64,000 bases of DNA, taken from Chiloscyllium plagiosum. Lineage: Eukaryota. Positions 13,351 to 25,279 of this stretch are shown here, piece after piece. Both the position numbers and the translations under genes were made by a program. Under the pieces are notes generated by a model. The model saw only the letters and a list, made by a program, of their open reading frames with translations. It searched no databases and was not told the origin of the DNA. Every line of letters starts with the position of its first letter. Within the stretch, counting starts at the first letter, position 1. Location: assembly GCF_004010195.1 (NCBI RefSeq), contig NC_057719.1:43711685-43775684 (forward strand), in the 5' to 3' direction.

Positions 13351-13877
13351 AAATATCAGGGATAATTGGGCAAGAATGAGTAAAATGGCATGAAAAATAA
13401 TACACAAACATTTTTAAAGCGATTCACAATGAAATTTTATAGACCTGCAATTCTAGAAGAAAATAGGACAGTCGGCATCCGAAGAGATAACAGGCTAACA
13501 TCTTGGACAAAAGACCATTCTAACACTCAAAATGTTAAACTGTTTTGGTTTTCTTTAACAGATGCTGATTGATCAGTGCATTGTCAACATTGGCAGTCCC
13601 TTTCTTTTTATTCACAAGATAAATTACTATAAAATAAAATCACTATTAAATAGGCAAATGCATAGATATTTCACAAATAGCAATTAAATGCATTATTTTG
13701 GTGGGATTAGTTAAAAAGGTATTATAAACGTTGATTTTCAAAACAGCCTTGACTGATTATTTAACATGGAAATTAAATGCCCAACAGGACAGCAATTTAT
13801 TTATTTTTGGGGGCAGGGTGGAAGGAGAGAGGGGAAGAACAGGTGGTTAGACAATGAGGAGAACTTAAGCAACAAAC

Positions 13878-13942
13878 CATGGTACATATCCTGAAGTGAT
13901 CCACCTCCGCAGTACTCCATACAGATCCATAACTTTTCACGG
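13878..13942 (-). CDS. MAP4K5: MAP4K5 coding exon (65 nt): (S)[21 protein letters not shown](V), hinge region
   Basis: tcttttag|CCGTGAAAAG...TACCATG|gtttgt, phases consistent. Confidence 0.96.
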
Positions 13943-14424
13943 CTAAAAGATACAAAATAGCTTTCAGAAAATATTTAAAACTCAAGCTACAAAGTAGAAA
14001 ACATGGAAATTCTCATTTGTTCACAAAGTGGTTGTAAAAGAAAATCTACAACCATTGTTGAATCTTTAAATTTAAAGACCAATTAGTTGAAAATGTTTTT
14101 CATCTTAACCAAACAAACAGTCAAAATAAGTGGAAAGTACGATTTCCACAGCCTAAAAACATAGACAGCAAACCTAAGAAAGAAATGCAATGCAGTAAAA
14201 CTGTTCCAAACAGAAAACACAAGCACTGGTTACTAAAATCCACTGTGGGGTGCCAATAGACTACGGATAAGGGGCAAGTAAATCAACGAACAATATAAAT
14301 CTCAGAAGCCGGGTGCATCTTAATTATTACAAAACTTTTGAATTTTGTTATCTTATAACAAAAAAAAAATCACACCTTACTTCAGTTCTTTGTTCAGCAT
14401 TTATGAAATATTTATGGTCATACA

Positions 14425-15430
14425 AGAACATAAGAAATAAGCGTAGGAAGAGATAATTTGGTTCTTTGTTTTTATTGAGTGGTAGAATAAGATCATTGAC
14501 TGATCTTTTACTTCTCCCACTGTCTCCATAAACCCCAGTACCCAAGCATTTATCAATTTTTCTCTTGATCAACAATAGAGGGCTGTAGATGTTCAGAAGT
14601 GCAGAATTACAAAGATCCACAACTCTAAATAAATCGTAATCTAGGAAAGACAGCACAAGACTTGTTAAAGTCCACTTCCTCAGCAACCTTGAAAGAAAGC
14701 CTCCCAGGCCAGGTAACCTATTCATACTAAGCACTGAATACACAATGCCTAAATTTTCACCCACCCCAAACCTTTGCTTCTACTAATATTTGCAAGCTTC
14801 AGCTTCCTTTCTCCACACAAACACACTTACAAACTGAGCACCCACAGCTCCCAGGAGTGAAAACTGCTGCAAAGATTCACAGCGCTGCGAGTTCTAAACA
14901 GCTGACAATCATTCTAAGGCTATGATCCCTAGTTTTAGTCTCCTCACCAATGGGAAGCCATTCTCCCAGCATCTATCCCATTAAACTCAGTAACAATTTT
15001 ACATTTTCCAATTCTATCACATTTTTTAATAACATCACCTCTTTTTCACCAAATTCTATGGACCACAAGCATTATCTATTCAATTTCTCTTCATAGAATA
15101 ATCTCTGCATCCCACAAATTAAATTAGTGAGCATTTGCTACACTCCCACTAGGGCAAGCATATCCCTCCCTCGGTAATAGCACCAAAATGTAGTTCTCCA
15201 GCTATAGTCTAAAGATTCTAAGCAATTGCAGTAAGGCTCATTTCACCTTTCGACTCTAATCCTTCCATAATAAAAGCGAACAACTATTTGTTACATGCTC
15301 ACATTAACTTTGGTTCATCTGTAAGGATATCCAGGTTCTCCATACATTAAAAAAATTCTATATTTCCAATCCAAGTGGAAACTTTGACAGAGTATATGCT
15401 TTCTGACACCTTTCTACCCACTCACTCAGC
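14425..15430 (-). mobile_element. Highly decayed CR1 3' fragments
   Basis: Begins with the CR1 tail signature aagaacataagaaata..., followed by degenerate RT C-terminal sequence similar to other minus-strand CR1 copies. Confidence 0.5.
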
Positions 15431-15805
15431 CTTTATTAGTTTGATGTGAAATATTCTTGGTTATAAAGTGTTTGGAAATGATATGAATATGTGGATGGGT
15501 GGCACTTTTGGTTTGTAAGAGAACTACAGTTTAGTATAGAGAAAAAGGATATTTCAGCAGGTTCAAGGAGACTATCCTTAGCTCTAGCTAAATTAATTGA
15601 GAAGGGTGGAATTACATTGCTCAGTTTACATATAGAGCAGTAACTAGTGGGAAGTATGTAGAGAAACAGCAGGATAGGGTAACCAAATCCAGAGCTCCCT
15701 GGATGACAAAGGAGGTTAAAAAAAAGAAGAAAATATTTGCTGATGACACGTCATAGAGTCAGAGAGACGTACAACATAGAAACAGACTCTTTAGGTCTAA
15801 CTTGT

Positions 15806-16953
15806 GAGATTAGTGAGCAAATTTAGGACACGTGGTATTGGGAGCAGGGTACTGACTTGGATTGAAAATTTGCTGACTGACAGGAAGCAAAGAATAGTGG
15901 TAAACAGGTCCCTTTCGGAATGGTAGGTAGGTGACCAGTGGGGTACCACAAGGTTCGGTGCTGGGACCGCAGCGGTTTACAATATACATCAATGATATAG
16001 ATGAAGGCATTAAAAGTAGTATTAGCAAACTTGCTGATGACACAAAGCTGGGTGGCATGCTGAAATGTGAGGAGGATGTTATGAGAAGACAGTGTGACTT
16101 GGACAGGCTAGGTGAGTGGACGGATGCATGGCAGATGCAGTTTAATGTGGAGAACTGTGTCGTTATCCACTTTGGTGGCAAGAACAGGAAGGCAGATTAC
16201 TATCTAAATGGAGTCAACTTAGGTAAAGGGGAAGTACAACGAAATCTAGGTGTTCTTGTACATCAGTCAATGAAAGCAAGCATGCAGGTAAAGCAGGCAG
16301 TGAAGAAGGCTAATGGCATGCTGCCTTCATAACAAGGGGAATTGAGTATAGAAGCAAAGAGGCCCTTCTGCAGCTGTACTGGGCCCTGGTGAGACCGCAC
16401 CTGGAGTAGTGTGTGCAGTTTTGGTCTCCAAATTTGAAGAAGGACATTCTGGCTATTGAGGGAGTGCAGCGTAGATTCACGAGATCAATTCCCAAAATGT
16501 TGGGACTATCATATGTTGAAAGATTGGAGCAACTGGGCTTGTATACACGAGTTTAGAAGGTTGAGAGGGGATTTGATTGAGACGTATAAAGTATTAATGG
16601 ATTGGACACTCTGGAGGCAGAAAGCATGTTTCCGCTGATGGGCGAGTCCAGAACCAGAGGGCACAGTTTAAAAATAAAGGGGTAGGCCATTTAGAACAGA
16701 GTTGAGGAGAAACTTCTTCACCCAGAGAGTAGTGGATATGGAATGCTCTGCCCAGAAGGCAGTGGAGGCCAAGTCTCTGGATACTTTCAAGAAAGAGATG
16801 GATAGAGCTCTTAGAGATAGTGCAATCAAGGGTTATGGGAATAAGCTTGAACAGGATACTGATTGTGGATGATCAACCATGATCATAACGAATTGTGGTG
16901 CAGGTTCGAAGGGCTGGATGGCCCACTCCTGCACTTATTGTCTCTTGTCTATT
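15806..16953 (+). mobile_element. CR1 LINE 3' portion inserted in the 3' UTR of the minus-strand CR1
   Basis: ORF 15931-16332 has TSGVPQGSVLGP...LADDTKLGG. It ends in a ttgtcta-type tail, and the host tail (ctaacttgt|ccatgctgacc) resumes after it. Confidence 0.92.
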
Positions 16954-18000
16954 GTCCATGCTGACCAGATATCCTAACCTCATCTAGTCTCATTTGCCAG
17001 CACTTGACCCATATTCCCTAAAACTGTCCTCCTATTCATATTCACATTCAGATGCCTTTTTAAATTTGTAATTATACCAGCATCCACCACTTCTTCTGGC
17101 ACCTCATTCCATACACGCACCACCCTCTGCATGAAAAAGTTGTCCCTTAGGTCCCTTTTAAATCTTTCTCCTCTCCCCTTAACCTATGTCCTCTACTTCT
17201 GGACTCCCCCACCCCAGGGAAAGAAACCTTGTCTATTTATCCTATTCATGCCCCTCATGATTTTATGAGCCTATATAAAGGTCATCCTGCAGCCACCGAT
17301 GCTCCAGAGAAAACATCCCCAGCCTATTCAGCCTCTCCCTGCAGTGCAAATCCTCCAACCCTGGCAACATCGTTTTAAATCTTTTCTGAACCCTTTCAAG
17401 CTTCACAACATCCTTCTGATAGGAGGGAGACCAGAGTTGCACGCAATATTCCAACAGTGGCCTAACCAATGTCCTATATAGCTGCAACATGATCTCCCAA
17501 CTCCTATACTCAATGCTCTAACCAATAAAGGAAAGCATACCAAACACCTCCTTCACTATCCTATCTACCTATGACTCCACTTTCAAGGAACAATGAACCT
17601 GCACTCTAAGGTCTCTTTGTTCAGCAACACTCTCCAGGACCTTACCATTAAGCGTATAAGTGTTTCTGATTTGCCTTTACAAAATGCAGCACCTGACATT
17701 TATCTAAATTGAAACTGCATCTGCCACTCCGCAGCCCATTTGCCCATCTGATCAAAATCCTTTTGTACACTGAGGTAACCTTCTTCACTGTCCACTACTC
17801 CTCCAGTTTTGGTGTCATCTGCAAACTTACGAACTACACCTCCTATGTTCATATCCAAATCATTTATATAAATGATGAAAAGTAGCAGACCCAGCACCGA
17901 TCCTTGTGGCACTCCACTGGTCTCAGGCCTCTGTCTGAAAGGCAACCTCCACCATCACCTTCCATCCCTACCTTCAAGTCAGTTCTGTACCAAAATGGCT

Positions 18001-18295
18001 AGTTAGCACGAATGCCTCACAGCACAGAGACCGGGTTCGATTCCACCCTCAAGTGATTGCCTGTGTGGAGTTTGCACGTTCTCCCAGTGTCTGCGTGGGT
18101 TTCCTCTGGATGCTCTGGTTTCTGCCCACAATCCAAAGATGTGCAGGTTAGGTGAATTGGGCATGCTAAATTGCCCATAGTGCTCAGGATTTCAGGGGTA
18201 AATGTCGAATAATAGGGGAATGGGTCTGCGTGGGATACTCTTTGGAGAGTTGGCTGCAGGGCCTGTTTTCACACTGTAGGCATTCCAATTTTAAT
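18001..18295 (+). mobile_element. HE1-like V-SINE
   Basis: B box gggttcgattcc, V-domain tgtgtggagtttgcacgttctccc...gtgggtttcctc, CR1-like tail gggcctgttttcacactgtagg. Confidence 0.88.
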
Positions 18296-19291
18296 TCCAT
18301 GAGTTCTACCTTGCTAACCAGTCTACCATGAGGAACCTTGTCGGACGCCTTATTGAAGTCCATTCAGATCATGTCCACCACTCTGCCTTCCTCAATCCTC
18401 TTTGTTAATACTTCAAAAAACTCAATCAAGTTCATGAGATATGATTTCCCATGCACTAAGCTATGTTGACTATCCCTAATCAGTACTTGCCTTTCCAAAT
18501 ACATTCTCTCCAACAACTTGCCCACCACTGATGCTCACTAGTCTGTAGTTCCATGGCTTTCCTTACCACCTTTAAATAGTGGCACCACATTAGCCTTCCG
18601 GCACCTCACCTGTGACTATCAATGATACAAATATCCCAGCAATCACTTCTGTAGCTTCCCACAGAGTTCTAGAGTACATCTGATCAGGTCCTGGGGATTT
18701 ATCCACTTTTATGCGTTTCAAGACATCGAGCACTTCCTCCTCTGTAATATGGACAGTCTGCAAAGTGTCACCATCTATTTCCTCACATTCTATATCTTCT
18801 ATGTCCTTCTCCATAGTAAACACTGATGCAAAAAATACGCGTTTAGTATCTCCCCAATCTCCACACATTGGCTGCCTTGCTGATAGTTGAGGCCCTATTC
18901 TCTCCCTAGTTACTCTTTTGTCCTTAATGTATTTATAGAATCCCTTTGGATTTTCCTCAACCCTATTTGCCAAAGCTATCTCATGTCCCCTTTTCACCCT
19001 ACTGATTTCCCTCTTAAGTATACTTCTACTGCCTTTATACTCTTCGACACGTGTTAGGGAATAAGTTGGATAGAGAAGTTTCAGAAGGGGAGATGAAAAA
19101 GCAAATAAAAACAACAGAAATTATGAGACGGGTAGCTACAAAGGGAAATCCTAAAGTCTTGTATCAGCAAATGAATAGTAAAAGAGTGGCAAAACGAGCT
19201 GGAGGGCCAACTGGGGGCCAAACATTGTATTTACATTTGGAGACAAGTCACATGGCTAAGATGTTAAATTAATATTTTGCATATGTCTGTA

Positions 19292-20236
19292 TAGATAGTT
19301 CTCCTATAACACAGTAGTTGTGTTCCCATGTAACGGCGTGTTATAGAGAATCTCATTAAAAAAATAATGGGGGCTTTGAGAAAAACAGGGTTAGGGACTC
19401 CAGTTTAGCAAACCTGCCCATTTCTGGTCAGTTACAGAAATGCTAAGTTGTCACAAGTGAAATTTCCCAAAGTATTATTGTATTTCTGGCTCCTTGTGGA
19501 GTAGAATTTAATCCAGAACCCAGCTGTCTTCAAGTTAACTTTGTGAAACTTTGGGAAGCTTTTTTGTGGTGAGTGTAAAATCTCTTTTTTTGAGGGGAGT
19601 TACTAAAGAGCTGGGATGCTCTGAACAGCTAGAGGTATTAATGGGTCTCAGGTTTGAAAGAGAACGAGGGGCCAAGACTCTCTGATCCTCCCCCAAACAG
19701 AGACTAGGCGAACTTGGATCAGGCATAACTTTGAAAATGGGTGAAATGGGGAGAGATGAGGGTCACCAGTGGTCCGTCCTTAGTTTCACACTTCTCCCCC
19801 TTCCACACACATACGCCCTCTCTTGTAAAATCATGTTGAAGCTTCACCTAGCCAGCAACTGAGCCTCTGCTTAACAAAAGGCCCCCTCTGTTTACGCTCC
19901 ACTCACTGGACATTGCTGCGTTTGCACCTTCTTTTGCTCCCTTTCTCTCCGTCTGCCCACTCCTCAGCCCTGATCCCCCTAAAGCCGTATATGATCCCAG
20001 TAAGCAATCCAGCAAAATATTCCAATAGTCACTTCCCCTGCCTTAGTTGCAGATAGATGGACAACAACCTGTTGCAATTGATGTGCCAGCAGAAGAAATC
20101 ACTGCCAGCTGGTAATTTAGGGATGGAATCACATAACAGTGAAAGGGAGTTCGCTTTATTAAAAAGGTCCGCAATTCAAGAATTGAGTTAGAGCCAAATC
20201 ATGTTTACGAAATCTGCGTTATAGGAAAACTACCTG
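19292..20236. mobile_element. Non-autonomous TIR DNA transposon (Tc1/mariner/pogo-Tigger type)
   Basis: TA|tagatagttctcctataacac ... gcgttataggaaaactacctg|TA: imperfect ~21 bp TIRs with TA on both sides. No transposase ORF. The host CR1 resumes after it. Confidence 0.8.
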
Positions 20237-21444
20237 TAATTATAAGGCAGATGGTGCCGAGGCCACGATGACAGGAGAGCACACTTTATCACTGAAAGAG
20301 TTTAAAACTGCTAAAGTGGCGGTATTGGATAAGTCATCTACACTCTGATAAGGCATCAGGGCGAGATGAGATGCATTCAAGCACACTGAAGGAAGTGACA
20401 GTGGAAACTATAGAGGAACTAGGACTAAAGAACTAGATAATTGCAAACACTAACCCTGTTTTTAAAAAAAGTTTCAATAAGCAGCCCTGCAATTACAGAC
20501 AAGTCAGTTTAACTTTGGTTAGAGAAACTTCTAAAAACAATTCTCCAGGAGAGAATTAGTTGTCACTTGGAAAACACTTGGAAAGTCAGTAGTGGAGTTC
20601 CCCAGGGCCAATATTGGGACTTTTACTGTTACAAATATACATAAAGTGAATTAGATCTTAGCTTGCAGAGGACAATTTCAAAGCTTGCAGATAACAATTG
20701 GAAGCATTATAGACTGTGGTGAGGACTGTGCAGAACTTCAAAAAGACAGTTTGGCAGAGTAGGTGGTTAGGTGGTGGATGAAGTTCAATGCATGAAGTGA
20801 TACATTTTGGTAGAAAGAACATGGACAGTATAAAATAAAGGGTGTGCAGGAGTAGAAATATCTCGATGTATATATGCATAATCTATTAAAATTGATCCGG
20901 TAGGGAGAGAGGTTAATAATGACAAAAATATTCAAGGCTTAATTAATAGAGGCATAGGGGAAAGAGGAGGGTGATTATGCTGAACTATATAGAATACAAG
21001 TCAGACCTCAGATGAAAAATTGGATGCAGCTCTGCAAGTATAGTGCCAGAAAGATGTGAATGCACTGATGAGTGAACGTAAAAGTCATTTACAAGAATGG
21101 TTCCATGGATAACAAATTTCAGCTAGAAGAATAAATTGGAGAAATTGTGGACTGCTTTCTTTCGTGAGGCAAAGGTTAAAGGGAAACTTGATAGAAGTTT
21201 TCAAAATGATGAAAGTCTGGGCAAAGTGGACAGTGAGAAACTCTTCACATCCAAAACAACTGAAAACCAGATGGCACAGTTTTAAAATGTTTTGCAAAAG
21301 CTATAAATGTGGGTGAGGAAATAGTGCAGGTTTGGAATGCACTGCCTCAAAGTGTTGTGGACATAGATTCAATTGAGGTAATCAAGACAGTATTGGTTTC
21401 TATGTAAATAATCAATCCATATGCAGGGCTACAGGAGAAAGACA

Positions 21445-22390
21445 TAAGTTTTGAGAAGATTTGTAGCTCAGGTTGAGGTTCTGGATGTAGGTTTGTTCGC
21501 AGAGCTGGAAGGTTAATTTTCGGACGTTTCATCACCATACTAAGTAACATCTTCAGTGAGCCTACGGATGAAGTACTGCTGATGTTTCCTGCTTTCTATT
21601 TATATGCTTGGGTTTCCTTAGGTTGGTGATGTCATTTCCTATGGTGATGTCATTTCCCATTCTTTTTCTCAGGGGGTGGTAAATGGGGTCCAAGTCAATG
21701 TGTTTGTTGATAGAGTTCCGTTTGGAATGCCATGCTTCTTGGAATTCTCGTGCATGTCTCTGTTTGGCTTGTCCTAGGATGGATGTATTGTCCCAGTCAA
21801 AATGGTGTCCTTCCTCATCTGTATGTATGGATACTAGTGAGTGGATCATGTCTTTTTGTGGCTAGTTGATGTTCATGTATCCTCGTGGCTAGTTTTCTGC
21901 CTGTTTGTCCAATGTAGTGTTTATTACAGTCCTTGCATAGTATTTTGTAAATAACATTAGTTTTGCTTGTTGTCTGTATAGGTTCTTTCACGTTCATTAG
22001 ATTCTGTTTTAGTGTGTTGGTGGGTTTTCCTCTGCTCTGCGTAGTTCCTCTGTGCTGCAGTGTGCGTTGGCTCGTTGAAAATAACGTTCTGATGCTGCTT
22101 AGTTTGTGGGTGTTGCGATGATTGCTTTTGTAGTTCAATATTTGGTCTCCATATGTGTTTTTTTTCCCTGTAGACACTGGTTTGAAGTTTCCCATTGGCT
22201 GTTCGCTCTACTGTGTCATCTAGAAATGGCGGTTTGTTATTGTTTTCCTCCTCTTTAGTGAATTTTATGCCAGTAAGAGTATTATTAATGGCCTTGAAGG
22301 TTTCCTCTAATTTGTTTCAAGACCATCAATACTACCCTTACTGGCAAGAGGGACAATATTACAGAGGAAGAAGTGGATGGTCTTGGTAAT
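21445..22390 (-). mobile_element. Penelope-like element of a second (Penelope/Poseidon-like) lineage, 5'-truncated
   Basis: ORF 21815-22195 has NVIYKILCKDCNKHYIGQTGRKLATRIHEH (GIY-YIG). ORF 21562-21849 has GHHFDWDNTSIL...EAWHS...INK. Hammerhead motif near 21521-21560. Confidence 0.92.
21521..21560 (-). ncRNA. Minimal hammerhead ribozyme motif in PLE 3' repeat
   Basis: Reverse complement ctca-CTGAAGA-t-gttac-ttagtatg-gtgat-GAAAC-GTC-cg. Core intact, stem I weak. Confidence 0.6.
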
Positions 22391-24834
22391 AAAGCACTGG
22401 TGATGTAACCAAGTTTAATTTTATTTTTTACCTGATATCCATAATGTACACTTTCAACAAATGTCCTTTGGGCTTAAAGAAATTGGAATTCAATCCAATT
22501 CTTCAGCTGCTCCTCTCAATCATAAAATCCTTGTCAGTTCAATATCAAAATTAACTAAAAAGTTGCAAAAGGAAGTCATTTAAGGTTTTTAAAAATTTGA
22601 AACATTGAAATTTGTGTTCAAGTATAAACGCATTGCTCAACCACACCCATTCTAACAGGAAAGTGGACTTTTTAAAGAGAGGAAGTCACTCAAAATTGGT
22701 GCAAATACAAAATAGAATTAAAGGCAGATGACAACACTGACAAATGTTTACATATGATCCTTTAAAAGGATGTTCAATTTTTGTGTTTATAGACTTTCAC
22801 ATAATTGCTACACTTTCTCAAAATAAGTCTTTCCAAAGACTACCAAACTCTCTAGCAAGGGTAGGGTAGTTCAAAGATTATTTCAGACATTTTATGAATA
22901 AGACAAATAAGAAAGCATAATGAATATTTCTACTTTACCTTTCAATAGATTCTTCCCTAGTTATGGAAACAATTGGCAATATTTGTATAATGAAACTGTA
23001 CAATACCAATGTGTGTTTGTGTGTGCCACTAACACAGTTATAAAATCTGCATTCCTGGATCTCTTTCTGGCCACCATTGCTCCCCCTTCTCTCTAACTTT
23101 GCAATTGGAAAGGTAAATTTGTATTTTCTGGAATTTGTTTATATACACTGTATTAAATGGTAAAAGAGTTATTTTATTTACTATTCACTCACTCTTTCCA
23201 GACCAAAAGGTGACAACTGTTAGAGTGCAGGATTCAGCTGTGAATTTCCCTAGTAAACACTGGCCAATAGCCATAATGGTTTTGTCTCCTTTCAAAAGCA
23301 CAGAATTTCATAGCACAGTTGCAGACTACATGCATATCTGAAACAGATACTTCCCAAGATTCATCCCATACCCTACTTCTTTAGGTATTTTCTTCTTACT
23401 GTACACTATGTTAAAAATTTGTAGTAAATTTGGATTAAAAACAGGAAATATTTATCTTGAAAGGGTGCCATTAATTCGATTTTAAAAAAAGAACCATTCC
23501 CTTCCTTTCATTTTAAAAAAAAATTCTCTTCCAGACATACAAAAATCAGACAGGAAAAGAAATCTAATTGAAATGCGTTGCTCAGGGAGAAAGTGCTAAA
23601 CTACGAAAACTACCTCACAGAACTATACAAAATATAGCAGTCAATGCCAAAGTTACAGAGAAGTATTTAGTTTCAAAAATAAGATGAACAATAACATTAT
23701 AAATGAATGGACAATAAGGGTTCAATCCTACTAGTGCTCAGTTCTGATAGTTTGATTGACTTCAGCTGGCTATTTCTAGCACTACCCCTTCAGGCCCTTG
23801 GTTGCTCAAAACGTGCATGAAGTTCTGAAGATTAAGAAATGTGTGAACTAAAAAAATTAAACAAAGACAAATTCAGTGAATTGGCCTGCAGGCTGCTAAG
23901 CACGAGTATTGCACTCCAAATATTTCTGATGTGAACATAAAAACTTTACTGACTGCCTCCAATACATGCTATTTTTCCAACTGTAGAAATTTGGAGATAC
24001 TTGGGTATGGATTCTCAGGGAATAAGATTTCATGCTGTAATGAAAATTTCCTTCTCTTAATTCTTGAAACAATGTTTATTAATTTGAGAACTATATATTG
24101 TTATAACAGTTTGTATTTGTACTTATCTGAAATTGCAAAACTAAACAGAAATTGAATGAGGTAAATTGTTCATTAATTTTTGGACTCCCTAGTCTACAGT
24201 CTTATTTTAAATAATCTTAAAAACAAATTTTGGATCTTTTTAACTTTGATTATATGCTTAATACAACTACTAAATTTTAAGGGTATATTTCACAATCTCA
24301 TTTACAGAGCACTGTTTTGCTAATTATAATGAAAGGCAGACATTACGAGATTGACTTTGCACTAACTAATGATCGGGAAGCAGCAAAAGTGAATCAGCGA
24401 TGTAGTCAGAAGGCAATACAAAAACCAATATCAAAAAAAGCACAAAACTTTAAAATGTAAAGTACGTCACTAAGTTAAATGTATGGACAGAGATTTGCAA
24501 AGTATTTTAGCCAACAGCCTCCTGGTCAGTACTACATTTCAAAATGGTAATCGAGCAGAGCTCCTAAGCCAGTGCTTGTTCACTGTTTTGTCCATTTCTT
24601 TTCCTTTTTTCTCATTTCCTGTTTTTTTTTTCCTTGCATAAGCCTTGTCCCGGATGCTATCAGTGACTGTGAGTTGAGGCTCAGTGCGGACCAGAGATGA
24701 AACCAGTCAAGGTGGCGGCAGAGAAGCAGCACAGCATGTGGGGTCCTGAGTCCAGCAGTTCAGAGCTTGTCTACTCCTCTGCTTTTACCTTTTGCCCTTT
24801 TCTCTGCTTTCTTTAAAACAAATATTGTTTTTTT

Positions 24835-25150
24835 CTCATTCATGGGAGTGGGTGTCACAGGCTCAGCCAGGATTTATTAATTACCCAGACAACAGTAAGT
24901 ATCAACCACACAGCTGTAGGCCAGACCAGGTAAGGATGGCAGTTTCCCTCCCTAAAGGACATTAGTGAACTAGATGGGTTTTTCCTGATAACCTGCAATG
25001 GTTTCATGGTCATTTAACTCTTCATTCCAGATTGTTATTGAATTCAAATTCCATCTGCCATGGCAGGATTCTGGAAATCCAAGTTTGAACATTACCTGTG
25101 TTCTCTGGATTAACTGTTCAGCGATAATACCATTAGACCATCGTCACCTC
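24835..25150 (-). mobile_element. tRNA-derived SINE (second family; other copy at about 59365-59640)
   Basis: Shares ggcagatggaatttgaattcaa, ccttacctggtctggcctaca and the LINE-like tail with the 59365 copy. Confidence 0.75.
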
Positions 25151-25279
25151 ACTTACATTCTGTGGTCAAATTGGACGACATCAGCACATTGGAGGCAAGA
25201 TTTATTCCTGGCAGTTGTGGTAGTGGAGGAAGTAGAGTGTGTGCTCCCAGCGGCAGTGGGAGGAGAGTTTGGGCCCAGT

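Larger units (their letters stand above)
15752..19045 (-). mobile_element. CR1 LINE (5'-truncated), itself interrupted by a CR1 and a SINE
   Basis: TSD gacacgt at 15745-15751 and 19046-19052. ORFs contain KSPGPDQMY, GVPQGSVLG, FADDTK and LVRPLLEYC. Confidence 0.9.
15480..22420 (+). mobile_element. Old CR1 LINE (host of a nested stack), present as pieces at about 15480-15750, 19050-19291, 20237-21445 and 22395-22420
   Basis: Collinear EN-RT remnants (PWMTKEV, GNPKVLYQQMNSKR, agtggagttccccaggg, 3' UTR) that resume exactly after each insertion. Confidence 0.7.

Noticed and set aside
12997..13411. ORFs with LTS/HLP/REV repeats and an apparent signal peptide
   Set aside because: Artefact of the 9-mer tandem repeat inside a MAP4K5 intron.
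22425..22550. Possible extra minus-strand exon (ttttacctg donor-like)
   Set aside because: No kinase-like translation, and the flanking MAP4K5 exons already join in frame without it.
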